Shown here: positions 26,972 to 40,170 of the stretch, piece by piece | Layout of the letters: each line of letters starts with the position of its first letter | How positions within the stretch are numbered: position 1 is the first letter of the stretch | Origin: Iphione sp. A-MEVVRFRX5 | Taxonomy: Eukaryota | Length of the DNA stretch: 64,000 nt | NCBI GenBank assembly: GCA_976226885.1 | Contig: OZ320317.1 | Span: 47,120,001-47,184,000 of the forward strand | Direction of reading: 5' to 3' | Position numbers and translations under genes: made by a program | Notes under the pieces: model-generated | What the model saw: the letters and a program-made list of their open reading frames with translations, nothing else | Database searches by the model: none | What the model was told of the DNA's origin: nothing

Positions 26972-27003
26972 GCCTCATTGAATCCAGATCAGATCCCTGA
27001 GGG
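26972..27003 (+). CDS. Candidate 32-nt exon (ASLNPDQIPE in phase 0)
   Basis: Acceptor tattctttttacag, donor GG|GTAAAT. Only phase 0 is free of stops. Confidence 0.3.
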
Positions 27004-27381
27004 GTAAATTTAGTATTGACATCGTGAAAGTAAAGACACATAATGTAAGAGCGTGTATACATAAAAATCACAGATCAGCAGGTGTAGTCATGGTATATCG
27101 TCATGTTCGATACTGGTCAATATTAATACACATGTTATCTGTGAGGGTGACAATCCTTGACAGTGACAAGCAACCTCTTGTATAGAATGTTGGGGCGTTA
27201 TTTTGATATCATTACGCTGCATCCTTTTTGTGTTTTGTTCTTTTTTCGCCAGTGTTCTGACTTACTGTTTACTTACAATTTTTGTTAGCATTCTTCTTTT
27301 AATGTCATTTAGTTTATACAAAATATAGTTTCTTGCCATATAAGGCATGATTTCTTACTGCATTAAGACGACTTCCAACAG

Positions 27382-27405
27382 TTGCTATAACAAACACATT
27401 GTTTG
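27382..27405 (+). CDS. Candidate 24-nt phase-1 symmetric micro-exon (xAITNTLF)
   Basis: Acceptor gacttccaacag, donor TTG|GTAAGT, in an AT-rich intron-like context. Confidence 0.4.
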
Positions 27406-27524
27406 GTAAGTTATTTCCCATGCGGTTTACTTTCGTGATACTAACATAAAGATTTTCTTGGTTTAATTTGCTTGCTTTGTTTTATTTGCATGTTTTGCTG
27501 AACAGCTTTATTTTCTCCTTTCAG

Positions 27525-27545
27525 ACAATGTTTCAAACAGGAAAG
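27525..27545 (+). CDS. Candidate 21-nt phase-1 symmetric micro-exon (xNVSNRK)
   Basis: Strong acceptor ctttattttctcctttcag, donor AAG|GTCAGT. Confidence 0.5.
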
Positions 27546-27740
27546 GTCAGTACATAGTGATGCATTCAATGTTTAGTAGTCGCCACTTCACATAGAACTC
27601 TAACCAATGCACGATCGAAGCCATTGCTTCTTCACCAAATACTTTTAGATACAGATTGGTGGCGGTGATGGTTGTGCGATGTATTCCCTCCTAAATGTGT
27701 GCATCTTGGAGAACATCATGTTCTGTTACCCTTTCCACAG

Positions 27741-27793
27741 AATCTCTTCTCACATACTCTGGAATTCTAAATAATTATGACCAGTTTCATAGG
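27741..27793 (+). CDS. Candidate 53-nt exon (xSLLTYSGILNNYDQFHR, phase 1 to 0)
   Basis: Acceptor ttctgttaccctttccacag, donor AGG|GTATGA. Only phase 1 is open, matching the phase of the preceding candidate exon. Confidence 0.45.
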
Positions 27794-27928
27794 GTATGAT
27801 GCACACGTCTGTGTTCATTATGAAGACCCCTGTGAAATCACCTTTCAGAATATGGTCGTGATTATTCAGAATTAAGGAAGTCGTGATAATAAGTCACTTA
27901 CTGATTGGTGTATTGATCAATTTTCAAG

Positions 27929-27966
27929 ATGAGAAAGAAGAAAAATCACACTTTGGTTTTCCAGCA
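27929..27966 (+). CDS. Candidate 38-nt exon (DEKEEKSHFGFPA or MRKKKNHTLVFQ), or a 2-nt micro-exon at 27965-27966
   Basis: Donor GTAAGT at 27967. Acceptors tcaattttcaag (27928) or tttggttttccag (27964). Confidence 0.3.
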
Positions 27967-28424
27967 GTAAGTCCATACTCGCGTCTCTTTTGGCTCATTT
28001 TACCACCGAGAACAAGAGCTTCGACCAAAATAGATGATATTTATTGCATAGCAGTATCACGATTAGGGGCATACAAAAAATGACTCCAGGCGATCAGAAA
28101 CCTCTCCTCTTAAGTGAATTCGGTGGTAATAGCAGAGATTGTTGTGGGTTTCAGTCTAAATAACACTACAGTGATGGTCGATACTTCCCTGCACGACCGA
28201 CCTGCGCCTTGCGCCGGCCTTAACAATAATAGCTTCCCTATTGCTTCATATCTGGCCCCCCAGGCTAAAGAGGATATACTGTCATGGCAGCCTCGGTCAG
28301 CTTCAGACTGGAGCTGCTCTCCTGAATCTTTTTCCCTCCTACAAAGCCATCTTTGTTGCCTCATCCAAACTAGGTTTCAGTGGAGATGATGACCACCGTG
28401 GGAAGCCACCCCTGCTCTCTTTAG

Positions 28425-28538
28425 GCTTGTCTCCCCTTAGTCTATATCTTCCACATCTGGCAGCCTGTGCGCCCGTCGCTGTGAAAGTTTATCGCTATGA
28501 AACTATTGTTCTCATGCCTGGAAAGCCATCCATTTGCA
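28425..28538 (+). CDS. Candidate 114-nt phase-1 symmetric exon (xLSPLSLYLPHLAACAPVAVKVYRYETIVLMPGKPSIC)
   Basis: Acceptor cctgctctctttag, donor GTATGC, open in phase 1 (lies within ORF 28241-28552). Alternative acceptor at 28440. Confidence 0.35.
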
Positions 28539-28574
28539 GTATGCGTCTCTAAGTTTGTTAGATGTCTCTGCATC

Positions 28575-28600
28575 TTTTTTTTTTTTTTTTTTAACCACGG

Positions 28601-28644
<44 letters not shown>
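28575..28644. repeat. T18 homopolymer plus (GT)20 microsatellite
   Basis: T run at 28575-28592, GT repeat at 28605-28644. Confidence 0.95.
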
Positions 28645-28645
<1 letters not shown>

Positions 28646-30039
28646 TTCATTGACCCATTTGTCTGTCCATATGTTTGTCTTGTCTTTTGTATATAGTGAA
28701 GAAAACTATAGGATGGAGGATAAGTATTGTACAAAGTTGATATACCGGTTTTATACATGTATTAAGTTCGCCTGCAGGGCGACTTCAACATAAACTGGTA
28801 TACATGCATTGATTGGATACAATTCCTTATTGTTGCACCCTATAATAATATTCTGTTTATCTCTAAGCAGTTGATTATTGAATTTTAATAATGCTTTTGG
28901 TACTCATAATGTCCATGGCATTGAAAAGGTAGCCATACAAGCTGTGTAGTACCACAGTCTATACTGACATGCTGTTCGAGGTATTTTACCTGTCAACTGC
29001 ATAGGGATACAATAAACCTGTACATGTATGTACTGCATCTGTGTGCTATTGTGTGTACTATTCAGTGTACGTTCGTGTAAACTGTTTCTGTCTGCGTAAC
29101 TTGTCTGTCATCTTATCTTCATTACAGTTCATCTTCCCTGATTTTGGCATGCGTTTTCGTGTATTTCAACTTAATTTCGTATCATGGAAACATTGTTTGA
29201 CTACTGTATGAATAATTTACATTGCTGTGCACGTGTACTTGTGCTTATTACCATGCAAGCAATGTTTGGTCTAGCCTACAGCCAACTTGTCCTGATATAT
29301 TTTCAAACCTTTTCAGAAGCTAGTTAGCCGAGTACACCATCAGTATGGTTGACTTGAAGCCTTAGTTCGTCTAAATAGTGTACTTAGTGAAAGGCTTTAA
29401 ATCACAAGTTTGGTTTAGGACTTTATCTTTAATCCCTGTTGCCTTCAAGCCCAAGCTAGTCGGACCTTCACTGACCAAGGACACCTACACTAGACAGGCG
29501 CACAGCAAACTGGCTTGATTACAAGGCTGACCTCCAAGGAAGGGTTGTCAGAGTTAGATGGCGGGGAGGGTTCTAGTGGCCAGTAGAAGAGGAAAAAAAG
29601 TAGAAAACACGCCAGTCGTGTCTGGGATGGCAATAGGGCGGCCGGCGGTATGGCACCGCTTGTTCTGGTGGCATCACTAGATAAACACCAAGATAGATCG
29701 TGACATTCTCGAGCGTTTTTTTTTCTTTCTTCCCCTCCTAAGCCCACTTCTATCTATGCATGCATCGTCCCGTTTATCTGTACGAATACAGCGTATTTCA
29801 TTTCTGTGCAGAGGTTCTTCCTCTTCCGTTCTTCACCTATTGCTTCATTTTTAAAGACTGGTCATCCCCTGTTCTCCCATCGATCTACTCAGTGACCTGT
29901 TTTTGTGCCTTTGGCCTTAATTTTTGTTGGTCTCAATATCTTTATCTCTATTCATTGTCTGTCTCTCTCTCGCTTTCTGTCTCTCTCACAATGTTTATTA
30001 CATCTTTTATTCTAACTTCCATGCTACCTGTTCTGGCAG

Positions 30040-30315
30040 TGGTGCCTACACCGGCATCCAGAAATGGTCGTGCACCGGAAATAAAAAGAAATAAAGAGCC
30101 GCTGTTTATATTGACCATGACTGGTCGGCGAACAGATAGCGTCCCTGATATTTTTCCTGACCGTTTCGTGCTATTTCTCCTACTTCGGTGTGTCCTGGCC
30201 GAAATATGGGCACCGCAGCCATCGGATATCGACAAATTGTGTGGTTCGAGGCGTGGACTCCAAGCCCTTTGCTCAGGGCTTGTTGTACGGCTCAGTGGGG
30301 ATGAATGCACTGCTG
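30040..30315 (+). CDS. Candidate 276-nt phase-1 symmetric exon (xVPTPASRNGRAPEIKRNKEPLF...LSGDECTA), unknown protein
   Basis: Branch-like TCTAAC at 30011-30016, pyrimidine tract, CAG at 30037-30039, donor CTG|GTATCG. It lies in the longest ORF of the window (29760-30350). No recognisable domain. Confidence 0.4.
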
Positions 30316-30536
30316 GTATCGATAGCCATTGCGAAGTACAATTGTCCTAGGACTATTCTTGCTAGGTGCACATAGCGAGGACACCACAGAACATGCTTTC
30401 ACGAAATTATTTTAAGGAATATCGCATAGAATGGAAAATTGCCCCTTTTCTGTAGAAAGACTAATAAAGGGTAGGTTAATAGTGTATACAAAGCACAAAC
30501 TGTTTGTGGTACTACCTCCGTCCAGCCGTTAGGTTA

Positions 30537-30555
30537 ACACACACACACACACACA
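30537..30555. repeat. (AC)n microsatellite
   Basis: About 9.5 AC units. Confidence 0.9.
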
Positions 30556-31225
30556 GGCGCACGGGCGTGCATAAATGTATATTTATATATGTATATGTGT
30601 GTCTGTGTGTTAAGATGGTACCTATATGTACTTGAAATACCACACGAGTAGTCCTGAATCATAGGTAGAGTATAAAGGAAAGTTGACAATTCCCATCACT
30701 TTTTGAAAGATTCGGCCATGACATTCCTTCGTATACATTGAGATATCTAGGTTGTATTTGCAAGACTGATCTCTGGAGGGACATAAGAGCAGATTAGGGA
30801 AATTGAATCTGCCGGAGGACCAGACCTGGGCTCCGAGCCTCCTTATAATAGGAGTCTTGTCTGGTAGGGTGCAGGTGGCCATCCAGCCAACAATGCAGTT
30901 TGCTGGTCCCAGAGTGAGCCGTGCTCTTCAAATAACCCGAAGAGGTGTTTTAATAGTGGCACGCCGCGGGCCTTATCAAAGCAGTGAACATTCATTGTGA
31001 TATTGTTGAATACTAGTCCCGACCAATTTCACACTTTCCTCGAAGGGATTCGTGATTTTGTTCCATTAATTGCAGCGCTAAATTCCCGTTCACCTTATAC
31101 TGCAATACACACACAAATACGCATACGCACGCACCCACATGTTCACACCTGTATACTCCCGAAGCTGGGACCCATACTACTTCCACTTACTGACTACGTC
31201 GATAAAACAACGTTCGCCGCGCTCC

Positions 31226-31281
31226 CTAAGACTGACCCATGATCCCACTTCCCACTTCTAAGACTGACCCATGATCCCACT
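31226..31281. repeat. 24-bp direct repeat with a 32-bp period
   Basis: CTAAGACTGACCCATGATCCCACT at 31226-31249 and 31258-31281. Confidence 0.9.
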
Positions 31282-34278
31282 CCTGCCCTACCTCCCCTAC
31301 CCTCTTCACTTCTTCCCTGAGCAATCAACAAATGCTGGAACTTGGGGATACCCATCTCATTCCTCGGACTTTGAATGTCCTTGACAGTTCTATGGAAGCC
31401 AGAGCAAATTTGTGCTTGCCCTTAGGCTTGTCACACGTTGGGACGTTGCGGGCTCTTAGGTGGAACGATAAGTTATTTATGATGTGGAAATTATCACATG
31501 TACCAATATATTACGCTGCAGCCTGATAGAGAGATGAAGGCAGTCCCACTTTATGTCTTGACAGCCCAGTGTGGCAGTAGTTGGGGCGCATTCAATGCCC
31601 AGGCGTCTTTCAAGAAGTCACAATGACCTTTAGTTTTTGCTATGTTCGCTGGTGGGCATATTAAAGGCACATCCCTCTTTCCTTCTGCTTGGCATGGGAA
31701 CAAAAAGCTAAAGGAATGCAATTAACTACGCCTGTTAAATTAACTGTGCCTCAGAGAAATTCTCAAGTGCTTTACTGTAGTAGTGCATGGAAATGACAGC
31801 CACATTAAGGACTGAAGACAACGGGAGCTCATATGTGTGGTTATGTATGATGCGTATCCTCCCTGTATGAAGAGGATTTCATGTAATGCTGCTACCTTGT
31901 AGGAACGTGTGTGATAAACATGTTCTTTGGATATTAGGGCGAGTGAGCTGGAATGGGACGGTGAAAGGATCTAGCTGTCGTAATGTCCATCTAGATCTAG
32001 ATACCTACCCCTTCAACCGCCTGTTTACCAGTACTGAAATGGTGGTACAGCACTTGAGGTTCATCTTCTCTGTCATATTTTCGGGACGATTGATGTAAAT
32101 AGATATGCAGGGAGGGATGTTTCTACAGTGTATCACAAACAGGCCGCAGCACTCACGAAGTTATGAGGCGGATGACTTGTTATTGAAAGTATCAGTATTG
32201 CTCGCAGTCGAATGTCACAACGTGCAGCGTTGCATCTGAACTCAGGTCAGTTAACAGTATAGATAGACTCTTTGCAACAACGACCGAGTATTACATTCCA
32301 GCGAGATGTACATTTTTCTTCCACGATGAAGCTGTACCTCTGCATATATATATCATATACATGTATACGTATATCTAGGAGGTAGCGGTAGGGGAGTGAA
32401 ACAGCAGAAACGGAGCTCGTATAATATCAGCTTCCACAAGGGAATAAGAGGAGAACAGTTCGCATATCTGATAAGCTTTGTCGAGTAACATTAGGGATAC
32501 AGAGTGGCTTGATTGAGTCGGTGCGTATTGCATTAAGGTCAGGTCGAACTGCCGAGGGGGAAGCACGAGCGGAGTCACCTATATATCATTCATTATGCAT
32601 CGTCAGCAAGCACCTCGAGCGGTTAAATGCTACTATAACGAGCCCTTAGCTTTTGATGATAATTTCCATTTCGGCTCGGAAAGATAAATGCGGAGATACT
32701 CTTGCGCGGTGCTGTTTTATCTAGGTAATCTTTTTTTCGCTGTGGGTTATATATTGGTCTTGCCCAGCGAATGGATGGTCATGTTTGGCGCCGCAGTCTG
32801 GCTCCTGGCGCCATGGCGCCACATTGTTTTTTCTATGTCATTATTGTGGAGCTTGTGGGGTGCCTAATGGTGGCAATGTGACCACGTTGCTGGAGGATTC
32901 TTCGTTATGCGCCCTCCGCACTGCTACAGGAGGGGGAAGATATGACTCGCCAACCAACCTCTAGAGTAATAACACCTTCGCATAGTGACTTTCTCTTGAG
33001 TAAGTAACTCGGGAGTTGAGCACAGCACATTTAATACCTACAGTCGGGAATGGAAAACGGAATATTTAAAATATCAAACTATTCTTTATCTGAATTAAAT
33101 ATGCAGCAGCCAATGTGCATTGACTTAATCGCTGAAACATTTTCTAACTGAATGAAATTCGATGGAACAACGACGATTGCTGTCTCCTCGCCACTGTTTT
33201 CTCGTTCCATCGCTGTATCCCTCTTCCGTCTCATTTCTTGTAATATTCCCCTTCTTTTTTTCTGCCTCCTCTCACTGCAGTCCCCCCTCTTTGTCGCTCA
33301 TACATATGCTCATACATGTACATGTTAACATTCAAAAGGCGAACAAAGAAGGGCCTGACAATTATTCAACTTCATGAGCGACCGCATCGTACTCTATTAC
33401 AATAATTATCCTGAGCGCTGAGCAGATCGGTAGCCCAATACCCCAATACCCACAACAACCACTTAGCATATGAGTAGCTCTGTGCACGCATAAGCACTGA
33501 CTCGCAATGATGGATCAACCTATATGTTCTGCTCGGTGCCCAGGGCCGGCATAGTTTGAGATACGATCTTTGGGGGCATACGGCACAATAATAAACATCA
33601 ACATTGTATGCGTCGGCCAATGTAATAAGGCGAAGCGGCCCACGGCCAACTGCTGCTGCTGCGGCAGGACTCAATATTCCGGTTTCTGCTCATCAACTCT
33701 TTGGCTCTTGGGATTACCTCTCGTGCGCCTGTTTCACTGTTTGATGGTTATGCGTGGACCACTTTGTCCCCCCTCCTCCCCCATCTCATCCTTTCTACTT
33801 TCCCCTCTGGCATGCCTGCCCTGCTTTGGCTGTTGTTTTCCTGTAAGGCATTCCTTGACTTCGAGCCTATGCCTTCTGTAGTTAATACCTCAGGATAATA
33901 CCTCACACATTTAGGAACACGAATGCATAGAAACTCACATGCGCTCGGGCACACGTACCCGTTTAACGCACAGTGTTCCCGTTTACTGTCCGCTTTCCCC
34001 TGTCTTTCAGATCGATAAGCCCAACCTACGTTTAAATGTCTAAAAGCAAACTGCACGCTCTCGAATGGATACCACTAGAACCAATCCCTTTATGCCATCA
34101 TTGCCTCTGGTGATGGGCAGTGAAGTAAAAGGCCCCTCCATGAAAAATAGTCAGTGCGGCTACTACGTGTACTACTTCTACTGCTGCTGCTGCTTCTGCT
34201 GCTCCTAAAAGCTCATTGAATTTACTGTTGCTGCTACTACTCCCTACTGCCGGAGTCGCTGACTGCCTCTTTTTTTAG

Positions 34279-34292
34279 CCGATGGAAATGAA
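34279..34292 (+). other. Candidate 14-nt micro-exon CCGATGGAAATGAA
   Basis: Branch-like CTGAC, then tgcctctttttttag acceptor, and a consensus GTAAGT donor at 34293. Confidence 0.4.
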
Positions 34293-37200
34293 GTAAGTCC
34301 CGCGTGTTCGGAGAATCAGAAATTACATTTCCCTTTCATAGAAACCCGACACTGACCGTGCCCGCGACTTCCCTGTGCCTACATAGTCTCCTTGGGCTTT
34401 CGTCTCGCCCCTTTCCGTTACGGTATCCGGAGTCGAATTGGTCCTCGGAAGAGTCGCCAGAAGCCGGAGGGTCACGCATGGTCTCTATCCTTATCCCTTC
34501 CAGTGAGCCATATGGATGGTCGTGTTGCTGCTATGTACTCGAACATTCTCTGCCCGAGCAGCTCATACAACATGTAGACGTTCTTGCCCAGGTCTTCAGC
34601 TGCGTGTTTCAGTTGAGCGCTTATTGCTGAAATTCCAGCTATCTACTTTCTATGAAAGCCTTCGTGAGAACGCACACCCAACGGACTGTTTCGCGCGCTT
34701 TTTGGGTCACATATCGTGTCAGCCATTTCTGACGGCAAGATAGAGAAGAAGCCCATCACGTCTATTCATTCGTAGAGATAGAACTTGTAAATGCCTTTAC
34801 GTATTTAATGTGATTAATCATTCCAGCGTATTACGTGTAACACTGCCATTGCCTTCGTTTATAAGGATAGTAGACAGGGAGCGGAGGAGAGCAATCCAAT
34901 ACACAGTTCACTGCACATTTATAGATGTATTGTACTTATTGGATTTTGAGATCAGAATTTAATAAAAGGAAATAGGGGGATGCAGTCCATGTATGAGTTT
35001 TAAAAGGGAATGCCATAGGAAAGGATGGACCTTTATTGCGTGCGTTCTTTATAGCTTTTGCTCGGTATTGCGTTAAATTATATCTCTGTCTGCAATTGCC
35101 TAATACTACACAAAGGACTTTTTCTGTGTGGATTAAGGAGGCGCTTGGTGGCCACCAGATGGCTTTCACTATGTTGTTCTCCGTTGCTATGGCCACTGCA
35201 TGTGTAGTACATCTGTTTAATTCAACAGAAATATTAATATCATACGCGTGGTCTTTCTTTTAATCGGGAACCCTGTTTTCACTCTCTTCAGGAAGCCATT
35301 ATGATCACGCACGCACCGCGGATTGCGTGCAGCGAAAAGTGAAACTAGCAAAGCGAACTGTACCGCCATCCTGTCCGAAAAATCACATCCGTTTTTGGGC
35401 CAGTGGAGTCTCCTTTCCCTTGCGATATACTCACCGTTCGACTGGACATTGAACCAGATACACATATAATTTCCTAATGCAGCTATCATTGCCAGTAAAT
35501 TCCTTCCACGTCGGCCCATATTACCTTAAATGAGAGTGGCCATTCCCATACATGAGGTGATGTTTCGTATCAGTCCAGGCCACCAGACAGTGTCCATATA
35601 CTGGCCAGGAAGGGGGCATTCTAGCATGAGGGAGGGACACGACCAGTGGAGATCCTAGGCATTCTAGTGTACGTTTTTATCTGGTCCTAGCCGCCCATTG
35701 TACATACGGCCAGACGCTTGGCATCAGTATTGTATACAGAGACAATCTATTCTGCCGACAGAGACAGTCTGTTCTCTAGAAGACCACTAATACGGTCCTC
35801 TCTTTGGCAGTAATTTATGTTCCAGTGCCAAAACATCTGCTTGTAACTTACCCCGGTTAGTAGTCGGTAGTTTAAAACAAATGTCTTTCTGGTTCATAAA
35901 ACATTCGCTTATCACTGGCATTGGAGGAAATTTGCGATGTGCATACACAGGAAATGCCTTCATTTCCGCGCTAGCATTTGCTATCCCTCTATAATATGGA
36001 AGAATACAGACGTGGCACGTTGCCTCTTAACAATCTACATAAGGACACAACTTCAGTTTTTGTAGAGGTAAAACCTGTCTCAGAGAAATGCAGTAGTACC
36101 TGTCTTATTATTTGGGTAATACAAAGTGTCAGTATGATAGAAATTTTTTGTTTTGACGCGACACAGAACGGGTCGACAGTAATATGCAGTACATTTATAT
36201 ATAATTGGACATTTGATTGCAGGCAGTTCTGGGTGATGCACCTGTGACATTTTTTATATTGTATACTATTCTGTGGCACGTGGTTTAGAATCAGAGCTTG
36301 TCATACAAACTGCTACCCCTTTGGAAGCACTGAGCTGAAATGACCAGCCTCTTTGGGTAAGAACTGTTAGGGAAACTCCCACGATTTTGACCGTCCCATG
36401 CAAAGATTATGTCTACCACTAACCACTCAGCATGCCGGCAGACATACTTCAAAAACTTCCAGCTAGGCAACGGTTTAACTCATACCTGAACTATTAACTC
36501 CCAACTATATCTTTCACGCCAGCATACCGTTGTGCTACGGCCTGCTAATGGCTGGCATTTATCGTTTTGACGACAGACGAATTCAGTATTTGTTACATTT
36601 CTGACAGTCGTGTGTATAGAAGGCGTATAGAAGGTCGTGTATATAATTCAGATCTATACGTTTTGTCGGGTATCTCCGCTTCCCAGTGAGCATACAACAC
36701 CGCATCTCGTGTTAATGTAAAATTAGTTCACCCACGGGAGCATATGATAAGGAGAACTGGTGATGCAGGGGAATAAAATATGTATAACTATGAAGGATGG
36801 AGGTCGCGATAGACTTTATTATGTGGCTTTTAGACCCAAAATACATAGTTTGCTTAACCCACTTTTTAAAACGCTCCCCAGGCCAAACTGCTAGATGTTG
36901 CAGGGGGTAGCCACAGGGTTGTAGAATGAATGGCTATGTGCTCAGTGAGTGGATTCATCGTCGTTCCTCGTGCACACAGGTCTCCTCACCGCTGATCCGG
37001 GGTCAATCGCAGATCCTCCCCGCGCCCCACGCTTGGTAAAGTAAACCTGTCAGTTCGCATAGAAACATCAACCACGGCGGCCGCACCGATCCCGCGCCAC
37101 CTACCGGCCCCACTTGCGAACCCGGTCAGAGGTCGTAAGGTATTGGGGAGAAAGCAGGCTAAGCGGTCACGGTGGTGGGTCAGGGTATCAAGTGGATGAC

Positions 37201-40140
37201 TGGCGGGCGGAGATAGGGTACGAAGTGAGTGCCGCCCCAGAAGGAGGCTAAGTAAGCGGGATCCTAATACATGCCCCACCTGGAAATCCAATACCACCTG
37301 CTGTCAACCTATAAACATATAATTGATTCCCACGAAAGAAAAGAGATTTCGGTTGATTTCACGTCCTTGGTTTACATCGTCTATCTAAGCAGTCTTGCGC
37401 TTACCAGTTCGGATGTCTGTCTGTTAGTGCTATTAAATGGGCAGGAGACGAGAGATCGACTGGAGATAGAGCGACCGACGTATCGTTAATCCAACCTACT
37501 GATAGACAAAGAAATAGGCAGAGAGAGGGAGACCAACATAAAAACGTTCAAACTTACATGTGCAGAACGAAACAAAAAGAAATTAAGCATACAACTAGAC
37601 TGACCGACAGACAGACACATTACGACAATAGTTTTTAATGTCTCTGTGACAGTTATACTAACTAGTAACAATGGCTTCAGAAACAAGGAGGATTCACAAA
37701 CCAATCTTGGAGTCCTGTTGGACTATCGCCGAACTAATTTAAAAGGCGCAAGCCGTATCTGACCGCGTCGACGAATGCCTAACAGACACGCACGTCTGCA
37801 CGCTCGCACGTGCAAGTGCAGCTATCCAGACGCCCACGAAGTTAAATACGACGAAAATTCAAAAGATAACCAGAGATAATATGTATGGCCAATGTAGCAT
37901 TTCGGAAACACATTGGTAATGTTGACTTCCTAGTACATATACAACGTCCAGAAAGGGAATTAAATTCCGATGGTGGACAAGACCGACGTCCAGATAACAC
38001 CCATTTGTTGGTATCAAATAGGAAGGGACATCGATCCAACCGAGCAGCTTGTATGTACATGTATTGCTCTAGACAAGACAGACACGTCCTAGAACTAAGA
38101 ACCGGCATTCGGTAGCAACTCCTGCCAACGTCGGGGCCTTGTCTTGGGACTTTCGTCATCATCCTCAGTGCCAACCCCAAGATCCTCAGCAATCAATCAT
38201 TCATACCCTGTTCTGAGGGGGCAAGTGACCTTCCCGGCTGAGCCGCCTTGTCCGCCGAGCAGCTGTAGCTCAATGAAAATAACCAGTTTTAATGAATGTC
38301 CTATAAGTTGATTTGCATGGCTACATACACGCGTGAGTTCGCACAGGGGAAGAGCTCGCCTGAAGCATTTGCTGCCCCGAAGACCAGCACACTTTCGCCC
38401 GATTTTCAGTCATAACACAGCCAGTTTGAGTTCCGAATGCTGCTTAATGGGGCGATTGGCTAGTCCCCTGCTCCCACTAAAGTCGGCCCATGTTGGTCCC
38501 GGTCTTTCTGCCAGGAGACAAGAATTGACACGGCCTGCAGCACAGATCGATTCCTGGTGTTGTGAATGTGGCTGATGACTCAGAAACAGCGCCCCTGGTG
38601 TTAATGGCTGCGGCTAGAAAGATGGAAGACTGCAAATCGTTGGTCATAGCTGAAGCCACGAGCAAGAAGCCAATGATTCATCACATATATGGCCTGCGGT
38701 GGCTTTGCGCCTGAAATAGCTCAACTTTGGATGGTTCAGATATATATGTAGTGGACTGGACGTGCATCTCATATCAGCGTATGTGTACTGGTAGTTGTAC
38801 GGTTTTAACTAAATTAAGCATAAAGGGCGAAATATGGTAATCGCTCCTCGCACATATGGTGGCAGTCGTAGAGAGAGAGAGTAGGAGAGTAGATGACATT
38901 CATAGGGAAAATTTTAAAAAGAACGATATCAGGACACGGCCATAGCCGTCACTCGCATGCTATATATGATAGTCCACAGTTGTTGTTCAGAATATGATGG
39001 GACATTTTCGTGTTAGGCTGCGCCGGCAGAATTGCCCATAACGGACGGAGTCTGCGCGATGGTTACTGAGGCAATTTCTCTGAATGGAAAGTATGGTTGA
39101 GAACTGGCCCACTAATATATAGAGGCTACCTTTGACTGTGACTAATAGTCACATTCTGCCCAGGTCATAGTCTTACTGATCACCGCCTTCTACCGTGGCC
39201 TCTGGCCGCAGTCCGTAGACCATTTGAACGTCACGGAATGGTCCGTAACTAACTTGTCAGGGAACGGTGGTGTCGATGTCTCGATCCTCTTAGTGCAGAA
39301 AGGGCTCTTGCGACTCCTGCGATTTATTAGGTCACTGTACCAAGAGGAACTGGTTTCTAAAGTTAATGCCAAGTCATTTGAAGCTGAAGGCATTTCCATG
39401 TTAAAAGAAAAGAACAACACATGGCTAAATTAAAGAGGACAATCAGAGAAAATCACCGTTGTCTTTGGTATTAAACCACAAGATTAAAAAAAGAACTATA
39501 GAGGAAGGAAATCCAGTTGCTATAAAATCGCATACTTTCTAGGGAAGAGAATAAAGTATTTTGCTCGATACCAAGTAATTCAGATTGATCCCTCTCGGGC
39601 AGTAAGGATCGATTGGGCCATTAGGATGTTGTCCAGGGTTGACAGCCATCGCCGGAGCTGGCTGGAGATCCAATGACCGGAGACAAGATTGCCCAAGCCC
39701 GAGACAATAGTCTTGGCCACAATCCAGGCTGGGCCCAAATGACACGGCAGCTGACGATATTGTTCCTGAAAGTGCACTCAGTTCGGCTTGCCGGGCGACA
39801 TCTCTGCTCAAAACATTCGTGGATGATGGAGGTACAACAATTAAGGTTCTTCAAGTTATGTTAAACATGTTGTCGATAGAGGTGATTCCATACCGAGAAA
39901 TCTCGGCTGGAACACCGATAAAAAGTTTACAAAATGCCTGGTATAGAATGCACGTTCTGCAGGATAGCTTTGTTTCTCTGTTTGCCTTAATCCACTTTAA
40001 TTTACCATCACTACAGACGTTTAGATTTGTTTTTCATCCTGCAGGAGCTCAGCTTTTGAAGTGACTCCTGTCTGATGGATGTCCTTGTTCCAGTGTTAAT
40101 CGGTAATGCACAGCACTTGAGTGATGCACAGGAGTGAACT

Positions 40141-40170
40141 ATGACGTGATAGCATGACGTCATATGACGT
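40141..40170. promoter_or_regulatory. Homotypic cluster of ATGACGT (CRE/ATF-type bZIP) sites
   Basis: ATGACGT at 40141, 40154 (full palindrome ATGACGTCAT) and 40164. A further TGACGT lies near 40207. Confidence 0.4.

Noticed and set aside
13746-32730. Weaker + strand AG|GT sites at 13768 (GTATAT), 19979 (GTAACC), 20433 (GTAACA) and 32724 (GTAATC)
   Set aside because: Regenerated donors or tracts are weak; not listed as individual features, though 20433 and 32724 were counted in the overall asymmetry.
39224-39750. Decayed long reading frame (about 175 codons with a few stops)
   Set aside because: Stop density is only modestly below random and no RT, endonuclease or transposase motif is recognisable.
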